Below are positions 32,246 to 41,348 of a stretch of DNA of 64,000 bases, piece after piece. Position 1 is the first letter of the stretch, and each line of letters begins with the position of its first letter. The stretch is taken from contig JBDHWW010000013.1 of NCBI GenBank assembly GCA_039810425.1, positions 1 through 64,000 on the forward strand. The letters run 5' to 3'. Origin of the DNA: Pseudobdellovibrionaceae bacterium (GTDB taxonomy: Bacteria; Bdellovibrionota; Bdellovibrionia; Bdellovibrionales; Bdellovibrionaceae). The position numbers were made by a program, and so were the translations under genes. The notes beneath the pieces are model-generated. The model worked only from the letters and a program-made list of their open reading frames with translations. It did no database searches and had not been told where the DNA came from.

Positions 32246-32627
32246 CTGACGCCTTCGGGGAAGTCTCTAAGTTTTGTTTAACGAGTTGAAATATTTCTTC
32301 CACTTGATCTTTGGAAAAGTCCCCGTGCTGTACTTTTTTAACGCCGAGATTTGAAAGGTCATAGTGGCGTTCAGGGATGATGCCATGGCGTCGCAGGCAG
32401 TTCTTCGCACAGTGCAACGGACACCCGTCGATTACTGTGATAGGTCGCCCTGATTTAGCGACGCGGACTAAGGGAATGACATCGCCACCGACACCCGCAA
32501 TACAGGACATCTCGGCGAGACCCTCGCGATCAATCCGTACGGCAATAGCATTGGCGGTTTGTGCGGCACTGGAGCAGCCGGAGCAAGAATAGACCAGTTG
32601 TTTTTTTGCATAGTCCATAAATGACAT
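32232..32627 (-). CDS. DGC-domain putative zinc-binding protein
   Basis: YSCSGCS, MSCIAGVGG, IDGCPLHC. Confidence 0.85.
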   Translation of the reverse strand: MSFMDYAKKQLVYSCSGCSSAAQTANAIAVRIDREGLAEMSCIAGVGGDVIPLVRVAKSGRPITVIDGCPLHCAKNCLRRHGIIPERHYDLSNLGVKKVQHGDFSKDQVEEIFQLVKQNLETSPKASGGND

Positions 32628-32670
32628 GTCCTTTCTATCCCTATGCTACTCTTGGACTATAGCCAAAACC

Positions 32671-32684
32671 TTGATCTGAATCAA
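32671..32684. promoter_or_regulatory. FNR/DNR box (perfect)
   Basis: TTGAT-CTGA-ATCAA in the divergent DGC/korA intergenic region. Confidence 0.85.
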
Positions 32685-32722
32685 AAACCGCCACCTGATA
32701 GGGACTAAAATCTCGCGGAGCC

Positions 32723-32736
32723 CTGATATGTATCAT
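32723..32736. promoter_or_regulatory. FNR/DNR box (near consensus)
   Basis: CTGAT-ATGT-ATCAT upstream of korA. Confidence 0.55.
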
Positions 32737-32771
32737 AACAAGCTTCTTATAAAGCGCGCTATGGTGAGACT

Positions 32772-34562
32772 ATGGAAATTCCATGGCCCATAGATAATTT
32801 CGTGATCAATGTCGCTACCGTCAATGGCAGCGGCACTCAGACCGCCAATACTGTTTTGCTAAAATCGCTCTTTCGTCTGGGAGTCCCCGTGGGCGGAAAA
32901 AATGTGTTTCCGTCGAACATTTCGGGGATGCCGACCTGGTTTTGGATCCGTGCCCATGAAAAGGGTTTTGTTGGCGCGACCCAACTGGCCGATATTGTCG
33001 TTGCACTGAATCCGCAAACTCTCGAGGCGGATCAGACCTGCTTGCGGCCCGGGGGTTTTTATTTTTACCCACCGGAAAAGTTCGTTGGCAAAACTCTGCG
33101 CGCGGATATCGTGGCCGTGCCACTGCCATTGCAAACTCTAAGTGAAAAACTCTCCGCTCCGATCAAGAATAAAAAACTGGCGGCGAACATGATTTATGTC
33201 GGCGTGCTCGCGGAGCTGTTAAAAATTCCCGAAGAAATCGTGATTCAAGCAGTGCGGGACCAGCTCCACAAGAAGACCGCGGCCTTGAGCGCGAACCTTG
33301 AAGCGCTGGTGATCGGCCGCACCTATGCACGCGAGTCTTTGGCGGAAATTTCCTGGCCCTATCTGGCTAAAGCCGGGGCGCCTCCGGACGGCAAGGTGTT
33401 GATGGACGGGAACACAGCGGCAGCTCTGGGAATTCTGGCTGGCGGTTGTCAGGTGGTGTCTTGGTATCCGATCACGCCGTCGACCTCTTTGGTGGAAAAC
33501 TTTGGCCGCTTCGCCGAAAAAGCACGGAAGGATGAGGCTGGAAAAAATAAATTTGCCTTGATTCAAAGCGAGGACGAGCTGTCGGCTTTTGCCATGGTGC
33601 TTGGAGCGGGCTGGGCTGGAACGCGCGCGCTGACGGCGACCTCGGGCCCAGGTTTAAGTTTGATGGCTGAAGGAGCGGGCTATGCGTACTACGCGGAAAT
33701 TCCTTCGGTGATCTGGGATGTGCAGCGCCTCGGGCCTTCTACTGGACTGCCCACTCGAACCGCGCAAGGGGACATTGCCTTTGCCGCGCATCTGTCCCAT
33801 GGTGATGCCAAACACGTTTTACTTTTTCCCGGCAATATTCAAGAGTGTTTTGAGTTCGGGCAGGTGTGTTTTGATCTGGCGGAAAGGCTCCAACAACTCG
33901 TGATCGTGCTGAGCGATCTGGATTTGGGAATGAACCTGTGGGTGAGTGACCGCTTAAAATCCCCGAGTCGTCCGTATGACCGGGGCAAGGTCGTGCGCGC
34001 CATTGACTCCGAAAAACCTTTTTATCGTTACGAAGATCTGGACGGTGACGGCATTTGTAGCCGCACTTTACCGGGAAGTCCTGACCCCCGGGCCGCTTAC
34101 TTTACCCGGGGGTCGGGACATAATGCCCGCGCCCAGTACAGCGAGAAGCCTGAGGAGTATGAAGCCAACATGCGACGCCTGGAGCGCAAATGGGAGTCCG
34201 CCAAAGAACTGGTCCCGGGGCCTGAGATCATTCGGCGAAACCGCCGCGAAGGAATTCTCTATTACGGCAGCACCGAGGCGGTGATCCCTGAGTTGGAGTA
34301 TTTATTGGCATTGCAAAATCACGAGTTTGATCTCTGTCGCGTGCGCGCTTATCCATTTTCGGAAACGCTTGAAAAATTTCTGGCCGAGCATGACAGAGTC
34401 TATGTGCTTGAACAAAACCGCGATGCTCAGTTGGGCTCGCTACTGAAGCAACAGTTTCCGCAATGGGCCCCTCGTTTAGAGCCGGTTCTGCACTTTGCCG
34501 GCACACCAGTCACGGCAGAGGATTTTCAGAAAAAAATTCTCGCAAAGCGGGGGCACTCATGA
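32772..34562 (+). CDS. korA: 2-oxoacid:ferredoxin oxidoreductase alpha subunit
   Basis: NGSG, FPSNI.G.PTW, WYPITPS, EDELSA, ATSGPG, QR.GPSTGLPT. Confidence 0.92.
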   Translation: MEIPWPIDNFVINVATVNGSGTQTANTVLLKSLFRLGVPVGGKNVFPSNISGMPTWFWIRAHEKGFVGATQLADIVVALNPQTLEADQTCLRPGGFYFYPPEKFVGKTLRADIVAVPLPLQTLSEKLSAPIKNKKLAANMIYVGVLAELLKIPEEIVIQAVRDQLHKKTAALSANLEALVIGRTYARESLAEISWPYLAKAGAPPDGKVLMDGNTAAALGILAGGCQVVSWYPITPSTSLVENFGRFAEKARKDEAGKNKFALIQSEDELSAFAMVLGAGWAGTRALTATSGPGLSLMAEGAGYAYYAEIPSVIWDVQRLGPSTGLPTRTAQGDIAFAAHLSHGDAKHVLLFPGNIQECFEFGQVCFDLAERLQQLVIVLSDLDLGMNLWVSDRLKSPSRPYDRGKVVRAIDSEKPFYRYEDLDGDGICSRTLPGSPDPRAAYFTRGSGHNARAQYSEKPEEYEANMRRLERKWESAKELVPGPEIIRRNRREGILYYGSTEAVIPELEYLLALQNHEFDLCRVRAYPFSETLEKFLAEHDRVYVLEQNRDAQLGSLLKQQFPQWAPRLEPVLHFAGTPVTAEDFQKKILAKRGHS

Positions 34563-35455
34563 GCCTTGAACTGAAAGACTACCAGGGAAGCCCATCCACT
34601 TTGTGTGTGGGGTGCGGGCATGACTCCATTTCCAAGCATATCATCACGGCCTGCTATCAGAGCGGAATCCCGCCTTGGAAAGTGGCGAAGATGTCGGGCA
34701 TCGGCTGTTCGTCAAAGATTCCAGCGTACTTCATGTCGGCGAGTTTTGCTTTTAACTCCATGCATGGGCGCATGGCGCCGGTGGCAACCGGTGCTCTGGT
34801 GGCCAATCGAGGGCTTTTATATCTCGGTGTCAGCGGTGACGGTGATACTGGCAATATCGGCGTGGGTGGATTCATACATCTCATCCGTCGGAACGCGCCG
34901 GTGGTTTACCTGATTGCCAATAACGGTGTTTTTGGTCTGACTAAGGGGCAGTTCTCGGCGTCGGCGGATGAGGGCAGTATTTCTAAGTCGGGGCAGAGTG
35001 CCTCGTTGCCGGCCTTGGATTTTTGCGCGCTGGCGATTGAAGCCGGTTGCGGTTTCGTCGCCCGTTCTTTTTCCGGCGACGCTAAACAATTCGTGCCTCT
35101 TTTGCAAGCGGCCTTTCGCCATCGCGGGACTGCGGTGATTGATATTGTTTCACCGTGCATCACCTTCAACAATCACGAGGGTTCGACCAAGTCCTACGAC
35201 TACATCAAAGAGCACGATCTTCCGTTACAGGAACTACACCAGCACGATGTGCGGGATGCGGCTCAGGCGTTGGCGCGTTTGCAAAACGCCCGTCGCAGTG
35301 GAGAAATTTTAACCGGGCTCTTTTACGTCAGCGAGGCCAGGCCGACGGTGGCGGAGGATCTGAATCTGACGGCGCGGCCCTTGTGCGACCTGCAAGAAGC
35401 GGATCTGCGGCCATCGCCCGAAGTCCTGGATGAGTTGCAAAATGAATTCACCTGA
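34559..35455 (+). CDS. korB: 2-oxoacid:ferredoxin oxidoreductase beta subunit
   Basis: LC.GCGH, SGIGCSS, GDGD TPP-binding motif, NNGVFGLTKGQ, SPCITFN; ATGA overlap with korA. Confidence 0.92.
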   Translation: MSLELKDYQGSPSTLCVGCGHDSISKHIITACYQSGIPPWKVAKMSGIGCSSKIPAYFMSASFAFNSMHGRMAPVATGALVANRGLLYLGVSGDGDTGNIGVGGFIHLIRRNAPVVYLIANNGVFGLTKGQFSASADEGSISKSGQSASLPALDFCALAIEAGCGFVARSFSGDAKQFVPLLQAAFRHRGTAVIDIVSPCITFNNHEGSTKSYDYIKEHDLPLQELHQHDVRDAAQALARLQNARRSGEILTGLFYVSEARPTVAEDLNLTARPLCDLQEADLRPSPEVLDELQNEFT

Positions 35456-35538
35456 AAAAGAACGCAGAAACTATATCGAAGCAATATTTAATGCGATCTT
35501 CGTGTGCACACGGGGACGCCAGCCACGGGAGTAAACCC

Positions 35539-36708
35539 ATGAAGACCTTTACCGCTCCGGATTTTATGCTGTTGGATGCGCAGTTGAGCGAAGAAGAGAA
35601 AATGATTCGCACGGCGGTCCGGGAATATGTTGACGCCGAAGTGCTGCCGGTGATTGCCGAGCACTATGACAAAGGCACGTTTCCGAAAAATCTTATTCGG
35701 GGACTTGCTGACCTTGGAACTCTGGGCGCGACGATCCCGGGCTATGGCTGTGCCGGTGTCAGCTACACCGCCTATGGTTTGATGATGCAGGAACTCGAGC
35801 GTGGCGACAGCGGTGTGCGCAGCTTTGTCAGTGTGCAAGGTGCCCTTTGTATGTATCCGATCTTTCGCTTCGGCACGGAAGAGCACAAAAACAAATATCT
35901 TCCCAAGATGGCCCGTGGAGAATGGATCGGCTGTTTTGGCCTCACCGAGCCGGATTTTGGCTCCAATCCCGGGGGGATGCGCACGCGCGCCATTCGCGAC
36001 GGCAGCGATTATATTTTGAACGGCGCTAAGATGTGGATCACGAACGGAGGGCTGGCGGAGCTGGCTATTGTCTGGGCCAAGGATGACGCCGGTAAAGTTC
36101 GCGGCTTTATCGTGGACCGCGACACGCCTGGCTTTACCGTGCGGGATATCGGGAAAAAGTTTTCTTTGCGGGCTTCGGTCACCTCGGAGCTAATCTTTGA
36201 GGACTGCCGGGTGCCGGCTTCGCAAATGTTGCAAGTAGAAGGTTTAAAAGGACCCTTTGCCTGTTTGAATCATGCGCGTTACGGAATTTCTTGGGGTGCT
36301 GTCGGTGCCGCCATGGCCTGCTATGATGAGGCGCTGAATTATGCAAAGACGCGGATCCAATTCGATAAGCCCATTGCCAGTTTTCAGCTGGTTCAGGCGA
36401 AGCTGGTTGAAATGTTCACGGAAATCACCAAGGCGCAGCTTTTGTTGCTGCAATTAGGCCGTCTCAAAGATCAGGATTTGGCCCAGCCCGTGCACATTTC
36501 TATGGCAAAAATGAACAATGTTTCGATGGCCCTTAAGACCGCACGCCAGGCCCGGGATATTCTCGGCGCGAGCGGTATTACCTATGAATATCAAGTGGGC
36601 CGCCACCTGTTAAATCTGGAGTCTGTAAACACCTATGAAGGTACGGAAGACATCCATCGCTTGATCCTCGGGGAGCATATCACGGGCCTTCCGGCTTTTA
36701 GAGGCTAA
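35539..36708 (+). CDS. gcdH: Glutaryl-CoA dehydrogenase-like acyl-CoA dehydrogenase
   Basis: ELERGDSG.RS..SVQ, CFGLTEPD.GS.P, SLRAS.T, NLESVNTYEGT. Confidence 0.85.
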   Translation: MKTFTAPDFMLLDAQLSEEEKMIRTAVREYVDAEVLPVIAEHYDKGTFPKNLIRGLADLGTLGATIPGYGCAGVSYTAYGLMMQELERGDSGVRSFVSVQGALCMYPIFRFGTEEHKNKYLPKMARGEWIGCFGLTEPDFGSNPGGMRTRAIRDGSDYILNGAKMWITNGGLAELAIVWAKDDAGKVRGFIVDRDTPGFTVRDIGKKFSLRASVTSELIFEDCRVPASQMLQVEGLKGPFACLNHARYGISWGAVGAAMACYDEALNYAKTRIQFDKPIASFQLVQAKLVEMFTEITKAQLLLLQLGRLKDQDLAQPVHISMAKMNNVSMALKTARQARDILGASGITYEYQVGRHLLNLESVNTYEGTEDIHRLILGEHITGLPAFRG

Positions 36709-36737
36709 GAAGAAAAAAAGATTTGCTTCTGAGAAAA

Positions 36738-36751
36738 TTGATCCAAATCAA
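36738..36751. promoter_or_regulatory. FNR/DNR box (perfect) upstream of norC
   Basis: TTGAT-CCAA-ATCAA about 60 bp before the norC ATG. Confidence 0.88.
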
Positions 36752-36810
36752 CGATTTGAAAAAGGCCTGACGGCATGATAGAAGTACTTCACACGGAAGG
36801 ATCTTTTTTC

Positions 36811-37503
36811 ATGCTAACGAAGTCACAAGCTAAGACGTTTTTTTTAGTGGGCACCGCCGTGTGCTCTCTCGCGTTTGTCCTGCTCACCTTGGATACTTTT
36901 AAAAGAATCCCGGAGCAAACCCGCCAGGCCGATCTGAATGAATCGGCCATTCGAGGAAAGCATCTCTTCGACCAGAATAACTGTATGGGGTGCCATACTA
37001 TTTTTGGTGAGGGGGCTTACTATGCGCCGGAACTCACCAAGGTGTGGGAGCGTCGCGGAGAAGCTTTCATCAAAGCGATGTTGAAAGACCCACAGGCGAT
37101 GTATCCGAATGACCGCAAGATGACAAACTTTCATTTGACCGACCAGCAAATTGACGATTTGACGGCTTTTCTAAAATGGGCCGGTAATGTGGATCTCAAC
37201 GGTTTTCCAGCAAAACCGGATCTGAAACCCGCCGAACCTGCCGCAGTAGCAGCGGCGGAAGGTCAGGGGGTCGCGCAGCCGGCCGTCTTCGGTCAAGTCT
37301 GCGTTGCCTGTCATGCCCTGCAGGGCCGTGGCGGCAATGTCGGGCCCGCGCTTGATGGTGTGGGCTCACTCCGGGACGAAGTCTATTTGCAAAAGTGGCT
37401 CGTGAACCCTCAGGATGTCAAACCCGATGCGAAGATGCCAAAGCTTCCGTTGACGGAAAAAGACATTCAAGAGCTTGTCGCGTATTTGTCAAAATTGAAA
37501 TGA
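36811..37503 (+). CDS. norC: Nitric oxide reductase cytochrome c subunit, di-heme form
   Basis: MLTKSQAK..F, CMGCHTIFGEGAYYAPELTKV; second CVACH domain. Confidence 0.92.
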   Translation: MLTKSQAKTFFLVGTAVCSLAFVLLTLDTFKRIPEQTRQADLNESAIRGKHLFDQNNCMGCHTIFGEGAYYAPELTKVWERRGEAFIKAMLKDPQAMYPNDRKMTNFHLTDQQIDDLTAFLKWAGNVDLNGFPAKPDLKPAEPAAVAAAEGQGVAQPAVFGQVCVACHALQGRGGNVGPALDGVGSLRDEVYLQKWLVNPQDVKPDAKMPKLPLTEKDIQELVAYLSKLK

Positions 37504-37510
37504 GGATGTC

Positions 37511-38839
37511 ATGAAATACCAAACACAAAAAATCTCATATTGGTTCTTCGCAACATGCATGCTGCTCTTTTTCCTGCAGCTGGTTTATGGCTTTATCATG
37601 GGCTTCGCGCACATGGGGTTTGACGGTCTTCACCAATGGATTCCGTTCAATGCCGCCCGCGCGACTCACACCAACTTATTGGTGATGTGGTTGCTGGCGG
37701 GCTTTATGGGGTCTGCTTATTACATAATTCCTGAAGAGGCGGGGCGGGAACTTATTTATCCGAAGCTCGCGCTGGTACAGCTCGGAGCTTTCGTCGCCGT
37801 CGGTGTTACGGCCATCATCGGCTTTCACTTTAATTGGTGGGAAGGGCGCAAGTTTTTGGAAATTCCGCGTCCTCTGGACTATCTAGTGGTTGTCGATGTG
37901 TTGCTTTTCATTTTTCTCATTGGCGGAACTATCTGGAAGGGACGTCGGTATACAACAACGAGTATGGTGTTATTCTTTGGCTTGTTGACGGCGGCTTTGC
38001 TGTATCTGCCCGGCATGATTGAGACCGATAATCAGACCCATGATTCCTACTGGCGTTGGTGGGTTGTGCATCTGTGGGTGGAAGGAGTTTGGGAACTCAT
38101 CATGGGTGCGATTCTTTCCTTCTTGCTTATTAAATTGACCGGCGTTGATCGCGAGATCATTGAGAAATGGCTTTATATTATTGTCGGCTTCACCTTTCTT
38201 TCGGGAATTTTAGGGACCGGCCACCATTACTACTTCATTGGCACGCCGAAATATTGGCTATGGATCGGCGGAGTGTTTAGTGCGCTGGAGCCCGTGGCCT
38301 TTTTAGGAATGGCGATTTACGCCATTGCAATGGCGAAAAAGGGCGGGAAAATTCCGGACAATAAGATGGCTTTGTCATGGACGATCTGTACGGCGGTTTT
38401 GTCGTTTGTCGGCGGGGGATTCCTGGGGTTCGCGCACACGCTCCCTCAAGTGAATCTTTATACCCACGGAACTTTGGTCACGGCGATGCATGGCCACTTG
38501 GCGTTCTGGGGAGCATACGCCTGCTTGGTGCTGGCGATTATCACCTATGCGATGCCTCATTTGACTGGGCGTAAACTACAAGACACCGCCATGAATATTT
38601 TCGCCTTTTGGACTTCCAATATCGGTATGGTGGCGATGACCGTGGCATTTGGTATTGCTGGTGTGGCACAGGTGTATCTTGAACGGCGCATTGGTATTGA
38701 ATTCCTTACCGTGCAAAAAGAGATCGCCGTGCATTTTCTGGGGCTTGTGCTAGCCGCGACTCTCTTCACCGGCGGAATCATCGCCTTCATCTGGAACTTC
38801 ATCCGCTTCGGTAAACCTGTCGGAGAAGTGCAGAAATGA
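37511..38839 (+). CDS. norB: Nitric oxide reductase large subunit (cNOR)
   Basis: HTNL, HLWVEGVWE, GTGHHY, SALEP, HTL...HGHLAF. Confidence 0.95.
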   Translation: MKYQTQKISYWFFATCMLLFFLQLVYGFIMGFAHMGFDGLHQWIPFNAARATHTNLLVMWLLAGFMGSAYYIIPEEAGRELIYPKLALVQLGAFVAVGVTAIIGFHFNWWEGRKFLEIPRPLDYLVVVDVLLFIFLIGGTIWKGRRYTTTSMVLFFGLLTAALLYLPGMIETDNQTHDSYWRWWVVHLWVEGVWELIMGAILSFLLIKLTGVDREIIEKWLYIIVGFTFLSGILGTGHHYYFIGTPKYWLWIGGVFSALEPVAFLGMAIYAIAMAKKGGKIPDNKMALSWTICTAVLSFVGGGFLGFAHTLPQVNLYTHGTLVTAMHGHLAFWGAYACLVLAIITYAMPHLTGRKLQDTAMNIFAFWTSNIGMVAMTVAFGIAGVAQVYLERRIGIEFLTVQKEIAVHFLGLVLAATLFTGGIIAFIWNFIRFGKPVGEVQK

Positions 38840-39606
38840 AAACCTACTACCGGTCGGTCGCGGATGAAGTCGAAGTTTTTGAAAAGTGTTTTCAAAATCA
38901 ACTTCCGTTACTGATCAAGGGACCGACAGGTTGTGGGAAAAGTCAGCTCGTCTCTTTTATGGCTGAAAAATTGGACCGCCCCCTGGTGAAAGTCGCTTGC
39001 AACGAAGACACCAGCAGCTCGGACTTGCTAGGCCGGTTCCTCATTCAGGGAGCCGAGACTGTTTGGCAAGATGGGCCGGTGGCCCGGGCCGTCAGAGAAG
39101 GCGCAATTCTTTATTTAGATGAAATCGCCGAAGCCCGTGAGGACGTGATCGTAGCCTTGCACCCGCTGACGGATCATCGGCGCCAGCTATATTTGGATCG
39201 CACCAATGAAGAGTTGGTGGCGCCTCCTGGTTTTATGTGCGTTGCCAGTTTCAATCCTGGCTACCAGCGTGGTTTTAAAGAGTTAAAACCCTCGACCCGG
39301 CAGCGATTTGTGACAACGAGCCTTGGCTATCCTCCACCGGAGACGGAGACAGAGATTGTTCATCATGTGTCCGGCCTTGATATCAAAAATTGCGGAAAAC
39401 TTGTGGAGCTTGCGGCAAAAATTCGCGGGCAGGCTCACTTGGATCTGCGCGAGACCGTTTCAACACGACTGCTGGTTCATGCGGCCCGGCTGGCGCAGGC
39501 GGGGCTGCCGTTGCGCCGAAGCTGTGTTTTTGCGATCGCCCAATGTCTGTCGGATGACGTCCAAGTCGTTGAGGGGTTACGGGATCTGATTCACTTGAGT
39601 TTGTAG
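38836..39606 (+). CDS. norQ: NorQ/CbbQ AAA+ ATPase
   Basis: GPTGCGKS, YLDE..EAR.D, NPGYQ...KELKPSTRQRF, STRLL. Confidence 0.93.
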   Translation: MKTYYRSVADEVEVFEKCFQNQLPLLIKGPTGCGKSQLVSFMAEKLDRPLVKVACNEDTSSSDLLGRFLIQGAETVWQDGPVARAVREGAILYLDEIAEAREDVIVALHPLTDHRRQLYLDRTNEELVAPPGFMCVASFNPGYQRGFKELKPSTRQRFVTTSLGYPPPETETEIVHHVSGLDIKNCGKLVELAAKIRGQAHLDLRETVSTRLLVHAARLAQAGLPLRRSCVFAIAQCLSDDVQVVEGLRDLIHLSL

Positions 39607-39607
39607 T

Positions 39608-41335
39608 ATGGATATCGGTGAAAAGATTTTTGGACTTGTCTCGAATTGGCGGCGGCGACGGCTTGAAGAGAACCGTTTTTTAAATCGCTATGATCTTCAA
39701 GACTGTGAAAAAGCTTTGGCCCTGGTGGTACAGCCGTTTTTCGAAGAGCCCGTGGAAATTCATCCGGCAAAACAAAGCGGGGTGTGCGGCGGCGCTTTTT
39801 ATTTACCAGCAACCATTCATTTCTTCAGAGACCGGGAAAAAAACCGGGATCTTTATCTTCACCAGATTTTGATGTTGGCCGGAGCACAGCACCTGGCTTT
39901 GGCGTGGCCGACGGCCCTGGCTGAAGAGTCGGAGCGGACCCGGTACTACGCCGAAAAAAAAGAACGCATCACCGAGGCGGTTGCCCGGATCTATCCCTAT
40001 TTTCGTGAATTTCAAACAACTCTTTTGCAGGCTTTTACGCGTGAGGTGGATTCGCACACCAATCCCTGGTTGTTGTGGGGCGGCCTGAGTTCTGGCACGA
40101 TTTCCGCTTCCGCGCGATGGGATCAAAAACGGGACGAGCGTCCGCCATCCCGGCAAAAGAACGAGCGAAACCTAGAGACCAGTTTCGAGCGCGAAGAAGT
40201 GGATTTGGATAAGGAACAACACAATCCCGTGACTCATTCCTTCGAAAAAATGGAGACGGCAGATGAATATCAAGGCGGCTCTAGAACCACCGACGGCTCT
40301 GATCAGCTGAGCGATCACGAGGAAGCTCTTAAAGAGTTAAAGCTAAATAAAGTCACCCGTTCCGGCGAAACCGCGGCAGCTTTCTTGAGTTCCGATTATC
40401 AACATTCCAGCAACGAGAGTCTCAATGGGTTGTCGGCGGCAGAAAATTCGCCGCGGGTCCTGTTTTATCCTGAGTGGCACTATAAGAAAAAAACATTTTT
40501 GAAAAATTACTGCCGGTTGTGGCTGTCGACGGCGGAGAATGCGACAACCGGCGGGTTCCGTGAAAGGCTTTTGCAGGAACAGAAGTCTCGGATTGAGCAC
40601 TATAAAAAACGTCTTCAACAAGTCTGCAATCAGCGGAAATGGAAGAGCCAGCAGCTTGAAGGATCTGAAATCGACATTGATTCTTTTGTACGGCACCTGA
40701 CGGACGTGCGGAATCAAGTGCCGTCCTCAGGGCGCATGTATCTTAACCAGCTTCGTCAAGCGCGGGATTATCAGGTTTTGGTGTTAGTGGATTTGAGTCT
40801 GTCGACGGATTCCTATGTCGAGAACCGGCGGGTTCTTGATGTCGAGCTGGAGGCGGTCGGTTTGATGGGCCTTTTGGCGGAAAGCGACCGTGATAATACC
40901 ATCGTGGCGGGAACTTTTTCTGAGACCCGCCATCGCTGTGTGTTTGAGTATCTGAAGCAGGCCAACGAGGGTTGGTCGGCTTTCTACAAACGGGCACCGG
41001 CGGTGGTTCCTCGTGGATACACCCGGTTGGCGCCGGCGATTCGTCATGCGACAGAAATTCTGTCCGCCAGTTCCGCAAAAAGTAAAATTTTGATTTTACT
41101 GACCGATGGCAAACCGACGGACTATGACGGCTACGAGGGGCGCTATGGTATTGAGGACATTCATAAAGCTTGCATGGAGGCTTCACAGCGAAGAATTCTG
41201 ACGAAAGCTTTTGCGATTGAGAAAAATGCCAAACATTATTTTCCGCGGATGTTTCCATCCTATGAAATTCTGGCCTCCGCCGAAAAACTTCCCGCGAGTC
41301 TGGTGAAGATTCTTTTTGAAGCCCGCTCAGGATAG
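39608..41335 (+). CDS. norD: NorD VWA-domain activator
   Basis: YPEW, DLSLST MIDAS motif, YTRLAPAIRHA, LTDGKP.DYD.YEG.YG. Confidence 0.9.
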   Translation: MDIGEKIFGLVSNWRRRRLEENRFLNRYDLQDCEKALALVVQPFFEEPVEIHPAKQSGVCGGAFYLPATIHFFRDREKNRDLYLHQILMLAGAQHLALAWPTALAEESERTRYYAEKKERITEAVARIYPYFREFQTTLLQAFTREVDSHTNPWLLWGGLSSGTISASARWDQKRDERPPSRQKNERNLETSFEREEVDLDKEQHNPVTHSFEKMETADEYQGGSRTTDGSDQLSDHEEALKELKLNKVTRSGETAAAFLSSDYQHSSNESLNGLSAAENSPRVLFYPEWHYKKKTFLKNYCRLWLSTAENATTGGFRERLLQEQKSRIEHYKKRLQQVCNQRKWKSQQLEGSEIDIDSFVRHLTDVRNQVPSSGRMYLNQLRQARDYQVLVLVDLSLSTDSYVENRRVLDVELEAVGLMGLLAESDRDNTIVAGTFSETRHRCVFEYLKQANEGWSAFYKRAPAVVPRGYTRLAPAIRHATEILSASSAKSKILILLTDGKPTDYDGYEGRYGIEDIHKACMEASQRRILTKAFAIEKNAKHYFPRMFPSYEILASAEKLPASLVKILFEARSG

Positions 41336-41348
41336 AGAGTCCGTGGTT

